A stretch of DNA of 64,000 nucleotides, from positions 208,690 through 272,689 of the forward strand of contig NIVC01000900.1 of NCBI GenBank assembly GCA_002269645.1, read 5' to 3'. The notes beneath the pieces were generated by a model, which saw only the letters and a list, made by a program, of their open reading frames with translations, searched no databases and had not been told where the DNA came from. This DNA comes from Macrostomum lignano (taxonomy: Eukaryota). Below, piece after piece: positions 42,452 to 56,451 of the stretch; the stretch's first letter is position 1, and every line of letters begins with the position of its first letter. Position numbers and translations under genes: made by a program.

Positions 42452-43772
42452 CGGGCTATTATGGTTATACTACTGTTAATAACGCTAATAGCACCGCAGA
42501 CACGATTCTGGGAGCATGCATGTTTCATATATGAATATGAAACTCTATGCTCTATGAATATCAATAGAGCTATTAAGCAAGGCACAACAAATCAAAATAT
42601 AAAAATTGGGTCGTCTTACACCACAAAAAAGTTCCGTGAAAATTTTCAATTCTAATTTACAAAATCCAGGGATGCTATGGTGTGTGTGAGTGTGCTATGT
42701 CAAAACACAATGATTGTGTTATTAACACATTTGTTTTTTTTGCAATATTACACTTTCGTTTTATTTGTCCTACTTTGTAGTAGCATCTAATGCTTGACTT
42801 TTAATTTGCAATTATTTACTTTGTTTTAATTAGTTACAATTTACTTCGAGTACATGTAATTGACTAATTTTTCGGCTGCATTGAATGCAACTCTGTATAA
42901 ACATATCTGCACATGTATGCTTCGATCATGTATTACCTGAAGTGGCTGTCTGCATTTCCCTTGAATCAGCTTACTCTCGGCTCAATATTCGTCTTTTCCC
43001 ACGAGTCTTTTGCCAATCTGCTTGTTTTTCTCTCACAACTCGTTGCGCCATCGCAAGAATTCTACTTTTATCAGTCCAATGATTTTATTGGGGGTTTTAA
43101 TAACGAAATAAATGACGCCTTAAATGCATACGTTTTTAATGTACGAGCGTATATATATGCTTGCAAGCTTTCCAGTCTTTGTATTTCCATAAGTAATATT
43201 CAAAATGATATAATCTTAGCATATTTTAGTTTTTTAAAACTGTGCAAGTTGTAGCTGTTGAAGAAATTTCTTGAACAAACCGGAACTGTATTACAGTAGG
43301 CCTAGCGCAAAGAGATAGTGAATATCGTTGATGAGAGGGATAATTATTGAATAGCATAATTTTGCTACACAGCTCTTCAATGTAATTTTTTCTTAAAACC
43401 GGTTTTGTTTAAAGCATATTTACCACATATTATTGCAATCAAGGACTTACTCAAGTAGGACGGCAGACTGTTTCTTGCAAAATTTTCGGAGGCAGTTGGT
43501 AGAATAAAAAAAACCTTAGAATCCCAACTTTCTAAATAAATAAAGCTTTATGAATATCAATAGAGCTATAAGAAAGGCACAACATATCAAAAGATGAACA
43601 TAGGGTCTGCCTCCTATCTAAAGCAATTACAATTTTTGTGCTGAAGAAAATGAAAACGTCCCATTTCCGTAGTGTGTTTTTTCGAGAAAAATCTGCCATA
43701 TTAAACACTATTATGCAATAGAAATCCTAATTAGAAGTCTCATCTCGCCTCTTTAGTATCTTTAATTTATAT

Positions 43773-45050
43773 CTATATAGTTACGAGCGTATCCTTAGAA
43801 TTGTCGAAATCATTCAGCTGTTTCTTGCTCCATTGACCCTGAACAATGCCAAAGCATCCGATCCATCCTTTCAAGCAGTTTTCTTTCGTCGATCCGCAGT
43901 CTCCAACAATGAGGCATTGGAAAGATTTGCTGCTGCTGCTTTGATGTCGGCTTTGATTTTTTAGCGGCGCCAAACTTAGTGTTCTATTTGCGTAAAACAA
44001 CACCTGTGAGCCTTGTTGCGTAAATCCGTATCTCATATCTGACGGAAGTGAACCTACAGGAAAACTGCCCTTGGTTCCGAAGTAATTGTACCTTTGCAGA
44101 GCAGCTGCCGGCATGTAACGGTACCACAGTTTTCGGTTGCGCGGTCTGGCAACCAACCTGCATCCCAATTGTCCACTTTCACCACAGTCTCTGTTGCGAA
44201 AAATGGCGTTGCTGGTGTCACTAAAATTTTACGTTGAAAGTTGCAGTTAAGTTAGAATTTCTACAGCTGCATACGGATTAATCCAGAATATTTATTCTCT
44301 TTTATAATCACTTACTTCTCGTGCAAAAATAGTCTGGCTCGCATGAACACGGTCACATTTGGCTCGGGCACAAACAGAACCTCGATTCCGTCGGCCGTGC
44401 TCACACCGATGAAGGACCCAAACTCTCCCGTCACGAACGCGCCCACAGACCGGTTGAGCACAGCCGACACGAGCACCGGAGTGTGCGGATTCCGGTGCAC
44501 AGGCGCCAGGTTGAACGAGCCCACACGGAAGTGGTACAGAATCCGCAGCGAGCTCACCGCGATGCTGCTGGGCAGGTCGGTCGTGTGAGCTGCAATTCGA
44601 TAACGATATGGCGATGTGAGCACAGCTGCAGTCACGCACTGCATGGGCACAGCTGCAGTCACTCACTGCATGGGCACAGCTGCATTCACTCGTGACTTCT
44701 CACCCTGCTGGAACTTTGCCAGCCTTCGCCTGTTCACAAACGAGTCGCATTGGCCGTGTCCGTACAGCCATGCAGTGAGGAAGGCCTCGGCAGTCGCCAG
44801 CAGACACCAGCGATGCTCAGCGACCATGCTGGCAGCTGCACAGCTCTCTGTTGTGTGACAGCTCAGCACGCAGCCAGCGATGCTACTGTCAAGCAGTTGA
44901 TGAAGCGCCAGCCTCCTTACTCCTCCAGTAATAGAGAGCAAGAGACGGACAGGCGCGCAGTCTTTCGTAGTCAGTTATGCCTATGGTATCCGCCGAAGTG
45001 CCAGAGAGGTAGCAGCAGCAAAGGGCGAAGTATGCAATGAGATTTTTCAT
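43773..45050 (-). pseudogene. PAN/apple + LamG/ConA-like paralog C (frameshift in exon 1: pseudogene or assembly indel)
   Basis: ATG at 45050 (MKNLIAYFALCCCYLSGTSADTIGITDYERLRACPS), then +1 nt relative to B before LHQL. Exons 45050-44704, 44589-44316 and 44220-43773, with the same phases as A and B. Confidence 0.7.
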
Positions 45051-46059
45051 TTACTATGGAGTTCTTTGAGTCCAGGTATTTTTCTCTGCTGCTTGTTAAG
45101 CTGGTTCGTTGTCTATTATATATAGATTATACTAGCTCTCGCGCGTCAGTTAAGTGTTTGTTTGATGGTTTGACAACAATGCGATCACTGGTAGGTAATA
45201 GTGTCGCTTGAGCAGCCAAGGGAACAGGGCGCGGCTGTTTTAGGCATGAAAGAAAGGAGCTCCCTGAGGCTTTTGACGATAGCTGTCTGGCTCACATGTA
45301 TCACATGCAAACAATGTAGGTGCATCTGACTGCAGCTGGATTCTGCCCTCAAACACGCTTGTCAATAGTAGTCGTTGAACTATATTCTATTCAAGCTTCT
45401 TACCTGCTGTATTCATACACATTTGCTTGGCACACACTTTGCAGCAGAGAATTCAAAGTTTTACTGCAACTGAGTACCTGTGTTTCATGAAGACAGTTTG
45501 AAGTTCCCATACCTAGTAGCTATGAGCTAGAAAATCCGGGTGCTTAGTGAATTCAATCTCGCTTTTTCAAAGCCAAATTTATGCTATGGCTCGAGGCGGT
45601 TACTAGCTTTTTAGGCATGTGATATAATGTGTGGAAGTCAATTAGAATAAGGAAGTGAATCGAAATCAGGATTAGCTCGTACGAGCTACGCGTCGAAATT
45701 AAGGTCTATTTCATGTCCGTGCGCGGCCCAGCATTCATTTGGGGCTTTCTGTACGCTAGTCTAGTTAGCGGTGCATCCCCCTTGTGCTTTCGCTGGACCC
45801 TTCCCCCTTTTTGCTCTCTCGTTCAGTTTATGGCCGCCCGTTAGCGGAGCCCATCCCACGCTAAAAATAGCCCGTTAGCGGGGTCCGCCCCAGAGTGGGC
45901 ATGGGCTCCCTTGGCGCGGGCCAGCCCACAATGGTTGGGATATGCCATTGTGGGGCTGTGGAGAAGCAGACGCCAGAACTTGACTCGCATTGGTTGGCAA
46001 GATACATGGCACTAATTCAAAAAATTTTTTTCCGCGTGAGCGCTAATTGCATTGACCTT

Positions 46060-46520
46060 GCCAGGGCGCTAAATAGGCGCCGAGAAGCTGAAATTGGCGC
46101 CGGAATATTGAAATTGGCACGGAACATTGAAATTGGCGCCAAGAAGTAGCAAACTGATATACGCTGCCCCTTGTGCGCTGTTCACGCTGATTTGGGGATC
46201 CTGGCGCTGATTTAGGGATCCTGGCGCGGATTTGGCTTCTGGCGCCAATTTGAGTTTTCCCTCGCCAATTTTAGCTTCCAGCGCTGATTTGAGCTTTCCA
46301 GCGCTGGTTTGGGCCTTTTGGCGCTGATTTGGGGATCCTGGCGCTAATTTTGCTTTTGGCGCCAATTCGAGCTTTCCCGCGCCAATTTGAGATTTCCGGC
46401 GCTGATTTGTGCTTTCTAGCGCTGGTTTTGGCTTTTGGCGCTGCATTCAGCATTCCGGCGCTGATTTGGGGATCCTGGCGCCAAATTTGGTTTCCGACGC
46501 CAATTCGATTTTTCCCGCGC
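46060..46520. repeat. Degenerate GC-rich tandem array (ggcgctgatttggggatcct / ggcgccaatt units)
   Basis: Recurrent ggcgc cores at about 20-40 bp spacing. Confidence 0.7.
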
Positions 46521-46855
46521 CCTTGGATAAGCATAAATTATTCATTTGATAGAGAGCAAGGTCTCCTAAATACAAACCTATGGCAAAGTGTACAACAGTC
46601 TATAAATTGTCACCATGTGAGGCCACTTGTACATTTTGTCATCTTCACGAAAATCAACAATGATGCGACCGAATGTTCCACCGAATGAGCACGAGGAGTT
46701 CAGATGCCCTTGGTTAGGATACTAGCTGATTCATTAAAACGTTTAATACGCTCGTAATTGATCCAAAAGATAATGCACGTGAATTTGTTAAAGCTGGTCT
46801 TAGAAAGCATCCTATGTTCGTCTTAATACTATCTACTAGAGCTCGCACAATATAA

Positions 46856-47145
46856 AACCGCTGACCGGGGACGAATCCACGATAGTTTGGCAGCTGCCAG
46901 CAGATGAAGTCGCAGCATCGCGGTTGTTCACGTCATCCACACTTTTCTCAGCCGTCCATCGACGCCTAGCATCGAAGATAGCAAGTGCGTTGTGCGTCAC
47001 CATGGGGTAGCCGGCTCCGTACTGGAACCGGGCCTGCGGCACATGACCAGTGAAACCGGACATGAAATAGCGGACTGGACTGTCTCTGGGCAGGCTGTAG
47101 GGCAACCGGTTGAGACCGTGCAGCTCGTGACTTAAACTTTGGTTG
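46856..47145 (-). CDS. FAM166/CIMIP2-like ciliary microtubule inner protein exon (partial gene)
   Basis: RYFMSGFTGHVPQARFQYGAGYPMVTHNAL matches the FAM166 GY/FTGHVP..RF..G..YP repeat. A probable next exon near 46590-46710 reads GHLNSSCSFGGTFGR. Confidence 0.6.
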
Positions 47146-49044
47146 CTGCTGTTGGTAGCGAAACTTGGCGTGTGCTTCTATCGGTGTGGGACACTTTAAG
47201 AAGAAGATATGTTTCAATATAGCTTCGACCCCTTAGTAGATTTTTAGATTTTGGATTGCTACTTCAAGTATATTATATTACAAGTATATTACAAGTCTAC
47301 TTTTCTGTGAAATTCGATAGAAACTCAAAAGTTGACATGGCTATCATATTTTTTATATTTCCATAATACATATTATAGAAAATTTCAACTTAACGAATCG
47401 AAACAATTCTTGTTTAAGCGCTCTCATAAAACCTGTAAAAAGCCACAAGTCACTGGCATCGAGTCGCTCAGCGGAAAAACAGACACCTGAAATAAGTTTA
47501 CAAAAAATATTAGCAGCAAACCGTTTCTGGAGTAAAAAAGCATGTGCTCAAAGGAGCAGTAGGTAAAATTGCATATTACGGCGCGAATAGCTTATAATCA
47601 TAGTTAGGCTGTTTACGAGCAAACGCCATTAATTGTCTTCATCAATAACATATAGCTAGTGCATTATAGTTGTGTTGTATCGTGACTTGACTTGAAGTGC
47701 GCAGTGTGGGGCTGCACCCTAATTGTTATTGGCGCTGAGTTTAGGACTGCTTGCTCTCTCCCCGCCTGCTCTGTCTGTTAATGTACGCTTATGCCTAACC
47801 GTCTAATCTATTAGCTGATGCTTTACTCGTATCTGCATGTACATCTATGTGCAATGCCAACTACAATAAATAACAACCTCTCGCCCATTTGCGGCTCAAG
47901 TTTGGCTAGCCAGCCACGACACGACAAGTTGCACACTCACTTCATGGTCACTTGAGTGTTTTTATGCATTTGCCTCAGTTGGTCGCAGGCAGGGGTCCTG
48001 AGCCATGGCCTGGTTCAGCTTGAGTCGCACTAATTGGTTATTTCTTCTGGCCAAACTTCTAGTAGGACTTTGGGGTCTGCAATGCAGAGTGCCAAGCGAA
48101 AATAAAATGCAACATACACGTGAGTTTACGGTAAGCGACGCAAAGATAGAAAAACAATTTAGTGGTGTAGCTAGCTGTATATTTTGACCCAGAAACACAT
48201 ACTGTATGGTTGATGAGTTTCCTCTCTAAAGAGTGTGGCCTCTCTTTAGGGCCGGCAAGCTTGGCCTCTCGACAGCTTCAAGAAGTGCAACTTTGTCACG
48301 GACACGGTGTGATGGGCAAAGCAATCAACATGAGAATTAGCTAAGTGTTCACGTGTTTTTCGTAAGAAATTATAATAGCTGTCTTGAGGGCAGCTATAAT
48401 TGCATGCCAATTATGCTAAGCTCCTTGGTTGAAGGTGCTGTTGAGCCACGGCAGCTTAGCTTGCAGTCCCTCAAAGCTACGAGTATATAAGCTGCTTTTA
48501 GAATCACACTGCTTGAAACTTACCATGCATTGATGGCGAGGCGAAATTTCTAGCTTCATTCCAGTTATTGCAAGAATTATCCATCTGCTTTTTGTCAATC
48601 GAGTAAGATGTGCTTTTGCTTAAAACAGCCAAATGTGCGGTTTTTGTTTCAATGGCAATTCTTTATTATCTTCATGGCGCTGACGTCACTTGAATTGTGT
48701 CGGCGCAGAGTTAGTTGGCGACCAATAATAGTTTGCTTAATATATTTTGATGCGCGAATTCTATATGTTGAATTTGCTACTTATAGTAGCTTGTATAAAC
48801 AATAAAATAATTAAGCTCGTAGAAAACTGTTTTTGAATGCTTCTAGTTAACTCCTATGTATGGCTTAATGATGATTATAGTCGATAGCACTGATACATTA
48901 GCGATGTTACACTTTTGTTGTCAGCTTAAGAATTACCCACTCGTAAAAAGGCTCACGGAGGGAACTATTTGTCCAAATAGATGCACAAAGCATCCGTAAA
49001 AAACTTTTTATCAAGTTAAATCAAACATCAATAAAAAAATCAGC

Positions 49045-49821
49045 TCAGTCGAATGGCGCCACGCACAGGCACAGCACGGCAGTGGCGCGACTGTCAGAGC
49101 TCGGGAGATCAGTAAGCCGCTCCGGTCTGTCCTTGAAGATGGCGATTGCGTTATCAGAGTTATAGTTATCTGGCTGACCATCGGCCCACAGTTTGGTGGC
49201 TACCGGATGGCCACAGGTGACCCACGTCCATCCGCCTGACGGCTCCGCACTGCCGGGCTGCTGCAGACCGCCGAGCCACACGGAGGTCTGCGGCGACAGC
49301 AACTCGCTACGCACCCGGTCCAGGTGGCTCAGCTCGGCGAGGTCAGCAGCGTCGGCCATGACGACGAGACCGGGCTCGGACTCGCACCTCAGTCGGCTCT
49401 GCTCCCAGTTCCCGGAGCCGCTGTACGCCATGTACTTTACTCCGCACCGGCCGTGGCCGAAGCTGTTCGGACACAGCGAGCCGGACGTCAGACCCGACCG
49501 CTGCTTGACGAACAGCCGGCCGCGCTGCAAGCAGCCGCAGTCCGAGCGCACCGACCGGCTGCGGGCGTCGAACACGAACAGCCGGCAGGCAGTGGAGCCG
49601 CCGTCCGGAGCCCCGAACGCCTGGCAGCGCGGGTTGCGGCTGCAGAGAGCAGCGCACTTGAAGGCGCTCTGGACTGCCGGATGCGTCTCGACAAACTCGT
49701 TCGCCACGCACAGGACGGCTTCGATGGCTTTGTAATTGCTGCTGATGTCGGTAGCGCAGACGAACAGCAAGCCGACTGGCAGTGAGGCAAGCAGGCACTG
49801 TGGCAGCACAAGCTTGCGCAT
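49045..49821 (-). CDS. Secreted PAN/apple + C-type lectin domain protein, intronless, 258 aa
   Basis: Signal peptide, PAN pattern CAALCSRNPRCQAFG...CRLF, and CTLD motifs NWEQSRLRC, VWLGG, WTW and WADGQPDN. Confidence 0.88.
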   Translation of the reverse strand: MRKLVLPQCLLASLPVGLLFVCATDISSNYKAIEAVLCVANEFVETHPAVQSAFKCAALCSRNPRCQAFGAPDGGSTACRLFVFDARSRSVRSDCGCLQRGRLFVKQRSGLTSGSLCPNSFGHGRCGVKYMAYSGSGNWEQSRLRCESEPGLVVMADAADLAELSHLDRVRSELLSPQTSVWLGGLQQPGSAEPSGGWTWVTCGHPVATKLWADGQPDNYNSDNAIAIFKDRPERLTDLPSSDSRATAVLCLCVAPFD

Positions 49822-50324
49822 GCTGGCTCAAATCGTGCTTGATTAGTACAGAAGAATAGCTAAGCAAGCATACGAGAGTAGCTATAGTTTTCGATTGGGA
49901 TGGATTTATGAAATATATATGGTTGGCAAAGCTTTCAAAATTTCGACAGTAGATTGACATGATTTCATATTTGGTAGGATTTCCTACAGCTCTACATATC
50001 CCTGCCTTCAGCGAGAAAAGCTCTGTGACAATTATGCGTACTTGAGGGCTTAATTTGATAGGATAAATCGACTGAAGAGAGCTTTTTGAGTCGTAAATCC
50101 ATTTATAGTCACTGGTTTGAGCTGCTCAGGTGTCAGAGAACTGAGGGTTCATTTGACGAGGAAAGTGCTACTTCAATGCTCTTGAAAAATCCAACATGCC
50201 ATTAGGAAATCAATTAAATATAGGATTCCACCTTTAAAAATTACATCGTTTAAATAATAAGCTGAAAGGTCCTCAAAAAATACGAGTCCTAAATTTTTAG
50301 AATTTTGAGAATCGTGTTGTCAGC

Positions 50325-51036
50325 GCTCATTTTAGCGCCGCAGGCACTCATTTTAGCGCCGCAGGCACTCATTTTAGCGCCGCAGGCACTCATTTTGGCG
50401 CCGCAGGCACTCATTTTGGCGCCGCAGGCACTCATTTTAGCGCCGCAGACACTCATTTTACCCCCACAGGCACTCATTTTGGCGCCGCAGGCACTCATTT
50501 TAGCGCCGCAGACACTCATTTTACCCCCACAGTCACTCATTTTACCCCCACAGGCACTCATTTTGGCGCCGCAGGCACTCATTTCAGCGCCGCAGACACT
50601 CATTTTGGCGCCGCAGGCACTCATTTTAGCGCCGCAGACAACTCATTTTAGCGCCGCAGGCACTCATTTTAGCGCCGCAGGCACTCATTTTGGCGCCGCA
50701 GGCACTCATTTCAGCGCCACAGACACTCATTTTACCCCCACAGGCACTCATTTTGGCGCCGCAGGCACTCATTTTAGCGCCGCAGACACTCATTTTAGCG
50801 CCGCAGACAACTCATTTTAGCGCTGCAGACACTCATTTTGGCGCCGCAGGCACTCATTTTAGCGCCGCAGACAACTCATTTTAGCGCCGCAGGCACTCAT
50901 TTTAGCGCCGCAGGCACTCCCTTTACCCCCACAGGCACTCATTTCAGCGCCACAGGCACTCATTTTACCGCCGCAGGCACTCATTTTAGCGCCGCAGACA
51001 CTCATTTTACCGCCGCAGGCACTCATTTTGGCGCCG
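50325..51036. repeat. 21-bp minisatellite (gcactcattttRgcgccgcag)n, about 34 units
   Basis: Tandem units with a few recurring variants (ttacccccacag, gacaactc). Confidence 0.95.
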
Positions 51037-52079
51037 AAGGCGCTATATATTGGCGCCCTGAAGAAAGATTATTGATTACTACAACGAGCCACAAAGTGGG
51101 GTGGGGGGACAAAGCATTGGCATGTCCCCCCAAGAGCTTTTACTGGAGGGACATGCCCACCCCCGGTGGCGACGCGCCTGCTTACACCTATAGAACACCG
51201 GGGAAGAAACCACCTGCATGTACATGTAGAAACATCTTCGTACAGGGTAGAATATACATTCTTGCAGTTATCTTTAAACGATCCAAGTTTTTCAAACTTT
51301 AAAAAAATTCCTGTTTTTGCTTCTGATATGCTGGAGATAATTCAGCTCTACCAAAAAGCAGTGAAATGCTCTCCTAGAAAAATCTTTTATTAGCATTTAA
51401 ACCCCAAAAGGTTAAAGAAAGCTTTTATGCACTGGAGTTTAATTTTTTTGCAACTTAGTTAATGGATATTCAAAGAATATTCCATGTTCTGCCGTCATAT
51501 TCTATTTACGGTCTGCTTTCTTCTCCAAGCCTCTTTGTGTGCTCAGTGCTCACTTTGCGACCCCCCTGGCTAGTACAAGCTTTCCTTTTGTGTAATGTGT
51601 AAACCCTCTTAAGTTCGAAGGCGGCAATCTCATTCTGTCTGCCAGCCCACGTACAGCCCTTGAGTACATTGACAGCCAAATAAGAACTTAGCCCCTGACC
51701 TTTCATTGTACTGTGGCTATCAACTTTCTAATAAATTAAATTGGTCTCGTTTGAGTTTCATAGTTGCGTTTTCTAAAGCATTTGTCCTATGCTAATGTGG
51801 ATTGGCTTTATAGTCAAGGGCTCAAGTAAAGAAAAGTTGGTCCGCGAGCGCAAACCCACCCCCAGGTTGAGGGGGGAGGGTGCTCTGGTGTGGCAGGGCT
51901 CAGTCAGAATAATAGAATACACCGCTCTACTTTCATTCCATTTGCACAGTGGAAATTTCCGGGAAACCTTCCACTGTAGACGGCCAACGCGGGACAAGTT
52001 AAAATATGTATATAACCAGACTAGAAACTGGAATTCTTATTTTATAGGGTGCTACGGAACTCAGTGAGGCCCGCCAGCC

Positions 52080-55000
52080 ATGGCAGTGAGTTACGCAGCC
52101 AAGATCTATACGAAAGATCGGCTATTCTTCATCAAGTTGCTGTTCCGCTGGTCCGGCAGTGTTTGGCAGTTGCTTTGGGTTGACTTCCTGGTGTTCGTCG
52201 CTTTGTACGTATCACTGGCGATGCTGTACCAGCTAATCCTGTACAATGACGCCAAGATGAAGGCTACATTCGAGGTCACAGTGAGCTGGTTGAAAACTGT
52301 CAGCACATCCGTACCGCTTTCGTTCATGCTCGGCTTCTTTGTATCGTCCGTTGTGGAACGGTGAGTTGCTTTATATTTAATTTTTAAATAAATATTCTCG
52401 TAATATCGATGAATGTAGGAGATATCTGAAACAGCTTTTGTGCTTTGAATTGTTTTATTTTTATGTTAATTCTAGATCTCATAACCTACTGTAATATTGG
52501 ATCGAACCTTGACAGCTTTTAAGGTCAATATAAAAAAGAAGATACTGCATATTTTGTTTTACTTGACACTTAAAACATTTTTGTGCACTGAAGGGTCACA
52601 TGACCGCTTCATGAATAAGTTGTGCATAAATATACATATTTTTATATTCCAAGTGATTTATGCTATTCACAATGCTTAATTAGCCAAACTGCATGCCCCA
52701 GTGACCCAGTTGAAATGGTAAAAAAAGTTATAAGAAATACACAAAGGTCGCATGCTCTAAAGGGTTTTATGAGAGTAATCCCGATCGCTCCGTAGAATAA
52801 AGTATATATAAAATGAAAGGTTCCTTAGCGCGTAAGTTCACATACCCTCAATAATTAAAATATAACAATATCCGCTTGATTGAACACCCCTTCAACAGCT
52901 GGTGGTCCGTCTGCATGTCCATACCATGGGTGCAGACTCCTTCATTCTACTGTCAGGCCCTCCTGGACAGCCCGAAAGCCAGTAGGAGCGATCTGGCCAG
53001 AAAGTTGCGAATCACCGTGCTGAGGTACCTGAACCTGGCCTGGATCCTCATGATGGCTCGGGTGTCGCTTCACATCAGAGAACGATTTGGTTATTTCGAA
53101 CCGAAAAGCAAAACTAAGAAGTTCAAGCACACGTGGAAACGGCGTCTAAAAATGGTCAACTCGGACATTAAAGTGCAGAAATATTTTGGCCAGCTGGTTA
53201 CGGACAATGAGGTGCTGGCATTCGGCCGATCAGCTCAATTGTCAAGCGAGAGCAAGCATTCTTACGACCCGGAGTACTGGCTGCCTCTGGTGTGGGCCAC
53301 CCGGCTTATTCGCAGGGCTAGGAACTTGAGTGAGTTTTTGTGTTTAGTTCTGTGACAACCTTAATGTCAGCTAATTTTTTAGCCAATTAGGTCTGGACTC
53401 GCATTGTTCAAATTTTAGCATCAAAAACGGTACATTTCTTGTCACAGTAGTGTACAAGTGCATTTTAGGGTCTCAAGGAGGTAGTAGCACTTTTTGGGAT
53501 GCTTGGGTTCTGGGACTGACACTTTGGTTGCTTGGACTGACACTTAGGGTGCTTGGACTGACACTTTGGGTTCTGGGACTGACACTTTGGGTTCTGGGAC
53601 TGACACTTTAAGTTCTGAAACTGACGCTCTAGGTGCTGGGGGCGCATCGATAACTAGTGTGTTTGGTTGTCACGGCCACCAATTCTGTGATGAGGCCTAC
53701 CATTCCCTACCCCTCATCCAATCAAGGCAGAACAGCATTTCTGTCCTAAGATACATTCTTAATATTTATTCATCCGTCAGATTGCATTGCTGACGAAAGA
53801 CACTGCCTGTGGCTGATGGACATTGTCCAGAAGTTTCGGTTTGATCTACAAAAGATATGGATGTACTCAGAGTTCAACATCCCGCTAGTGTACACTCAAG
53901 TGGCTGTTACTGCCGTCTACCTTTACCTAGCGTGTACCATTGTCTCAACCCAGCTGATGGACTCCGACATTGTGCAGAGCAGCACCGCCACTTTCAACGT
54001 AAATGGCACTTACAGTCGTAACACGGGACAGCAGGTTCTTGCCTTCATTCCCCTGCTTGGAGGACTCGAATTTATTTTCTACCTCGGTGAGTAAAAATTA
54101 TGGAGGCCTTATGAGAGCTAAAACTCGTTTAAGTCTCACGAAAAAAACCATGTATCGACGCATTAATTTGGGGCTTGCGCATGAAAACCGGTCCAGAGAT
54201 TGTCGTGCTCGAAAAGGCAAACATGCGATGCGCAGAGCATGTACATTGTCATGAGCTTAAGGATGAGAAACTTAGGACGCCTGTGTACGTAACTGTGTGC
54301 TTGTGTGTTCTCAGGGCTCAGCAGAATGACCTTACCATGACTGCTTGACCTGCCCGTTGAAAATGTTATCGTGACAAGGATCGCTAGAGTCGTTGCAAAC
54401 AGCTCTAAGTAGTGACTCTAGCGAGCCTGGGTCGACTATTGTGACTTTTTAATTACTAAAACGGCTGTAATGCTTCGGAGAGGCGAATGTTGAGTCACGA
54501 GCGCATTAAGTGAGTTGTAGAATCGCAAAAGAGTCTCGGAAAAAGTCGTCCAAGTGTGGTTGTGTTCGCGTTTAACTTTCTACTGACTCAAGCACACTGA
54601 ATATGGTTGTTATAGGAAGCAAAAATGCGAAATGCGATTCAAATTCATGGAGTGACGCAGAAGCAACTCAGTGAATCTAAAGCGATTATAGCACGCCTGA
54701 GATACGATTCTACGACCCATTCTAGAAGCACAGGCAACAAAACGCCTCAACTGACTCTTAGATGACTCTGACGACTTTTTGTGACTTGTACCGTGATATT
54801 TCTGAGCCTGCAACGACTCTGAATTGACTTTAGGGCGACGCAAGTGACTCTGGGTTGCTTCTTGGCCTAGGTTCTGTTATCATTGAGCTGACGTTTGACT
54901 GTACGCAAACACAGTGACTAGCTGTAACACAATGGCAGAAATTTGCACAAGCAAGTTAAGTATAGTAAATTTGGCACGCTTGGCTTATGTCGGTTGTTTG

Positions 55001-56451
55001 ATTCGCAAACAACGTGAATAATTTTCATACTTTCAGGCTGGTTCAAAATCGGCATGTGCCTCTTAAACCCAATGGGCAAGGACGAGGCCGACATCCCCAT
55101 GTCCGACATACTCAACTCAAATCTGAAGGGGGCCATCAAGATGGGCGGAGCTGAGGACAGCATTTTTCCACGAGGCCTGACTGACAGCGGCGAAGCGGAG
55201 GAAGCTCAGGTGAAAATTTGCATTTAAGTTTGCTCCAATCACTCCATTTCCAGACACGAGAGCTGGCTAGAGATGTGCCTGTAGGAAACCCCTTGAAAAA
55301 GACATAGTGCGTCGATATTTTGTAATCAATAACTCATTGACAGAAGAAACTACTCAAGTCTATGCCATGAGCAATTTCTTGAAAGTCCTTCAGTGCAGAC
55401 TTGCACATTTCATTTGTGACTCGTGCACAAATATTGAGGAGTTTATCTTCCCTGTACGCCAGGGGTTCGGTGTAGCCTCTCTATCCGGCCCTCGATCGGG
55501 TCCTTTGAATCAATCTGGCCCGCTCAACGTTTGAGTCTCTTCTTAGCTCCCCTCTCTCGATCTAATCTCTCTCCTCTCTCTCATCTTATCTCATCTTCTC
55601 TCCTCTTCTCTCCCTTTCCTTTCCTCCCTCTCCTTTATTCCCTCACCTCCTTTCTCCTATCTCTCTTCTCTCTTCTATATTCTCTCTCCTCTCTCTCCTC
55701 CTCTGGCCAGCAGTCATGCGATAGGTTCTCTTGACTTAAAAAAATTGCCTACCCTGCTGCACGCCGTTTGTTTTTGCGTACCTGTCCTCCAGCATCTGCG
55801 ACTTTGTGTGCTCAAGGGTCAACACAATAGACATTATTAAGCGATCTTCTTGAGCCAACAATCTTAAGCCTCGTGTTCTCTTCAATAGAATTTCTAGTTC
55901 CTACTAAAAGATTTCATCAAGTCCAACGCAACTTGTCCTAGGTGGCCGATTTCCTTGGCTGTTTCGATTTCTCGCAAGTTCACGCGCACGACAAATTCGG
56001 CAGCGCTGAGCAGACTGAACGGCAGCTCAACAAGGCCATGCTGAAGCGGATGCGGGATCGAGGCAAGCAGCTGGCCAGCACGCACGGAGGCGGTCATGGT
56101 AGCCACGGCAGCCACAGGGACGGCACGCACTCCGCTGGCTCCCTAGCCGTCCCAAAGTCCGCGCAGTCTTCGGAGAGAAGCTCCATCCGGAAGAAAAAAG
56201 GTCAGAAGTTTAACGACGACAATCAGCTGACGGTCGGATCCAATGGCGACACGGTGCACTCGGCGACATCGCTTGGCGGCATCAGCGGCTGGAAACTGCG
56301 GGCAGCCGTGGCCAAGTCGCAGAAGCTTCGGTCGGGCAAAGCTGAGAGCAGCCTGAACGAAGAGCCAACGCAGATCACGTTTGTTCGGGCAGCAGGTAAC
56401 GTCCCGGTGGTTGCTGTGGTCGATGCTGACAGCGGAACAGATGTGAAGTGA
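52080..56451 (+). CDS. BEST: Bestrophin-family anion channel, 566 aa
   Basis: Exons 52080-52360, 52899-53329, 53781-54086, 55037-55209 and 55942-56451, in frame. Motifs MAVSY, LLFRWSGSVW, VPLSFMLGFFVSSVVERWW, RYLNL, IPLVYTQV and GWFKIG..LLNPMGKDEAD. Confidence 0.93.
53500..53625. repeat. 21-bp minisatellite (tgacactttgggttctgggac)n in bestrophin intron 2
   Basis: About 5-6 units. Confidence 0.85.
55531..55705. repeat. CT-rich low-complexity tract in bestrophin intron 4
   Basis: Degenerate (ctct/tcc)n sequence. Confidence 0.85.

Noticed and set aside
50289-51036. CRISPR-like array or repeat protein
   Set aside because: Head-to-tail 21-bp units with no unique spacers, no cas genes, and a eukaryotic context. 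The same applies to the other arrays.
54340-54880. gtgactc/gagtc-rich degenerate inverted repeats in bestrophin intron 3
   Set aside because: No definable termini or TSD by eye, so not called as an element.
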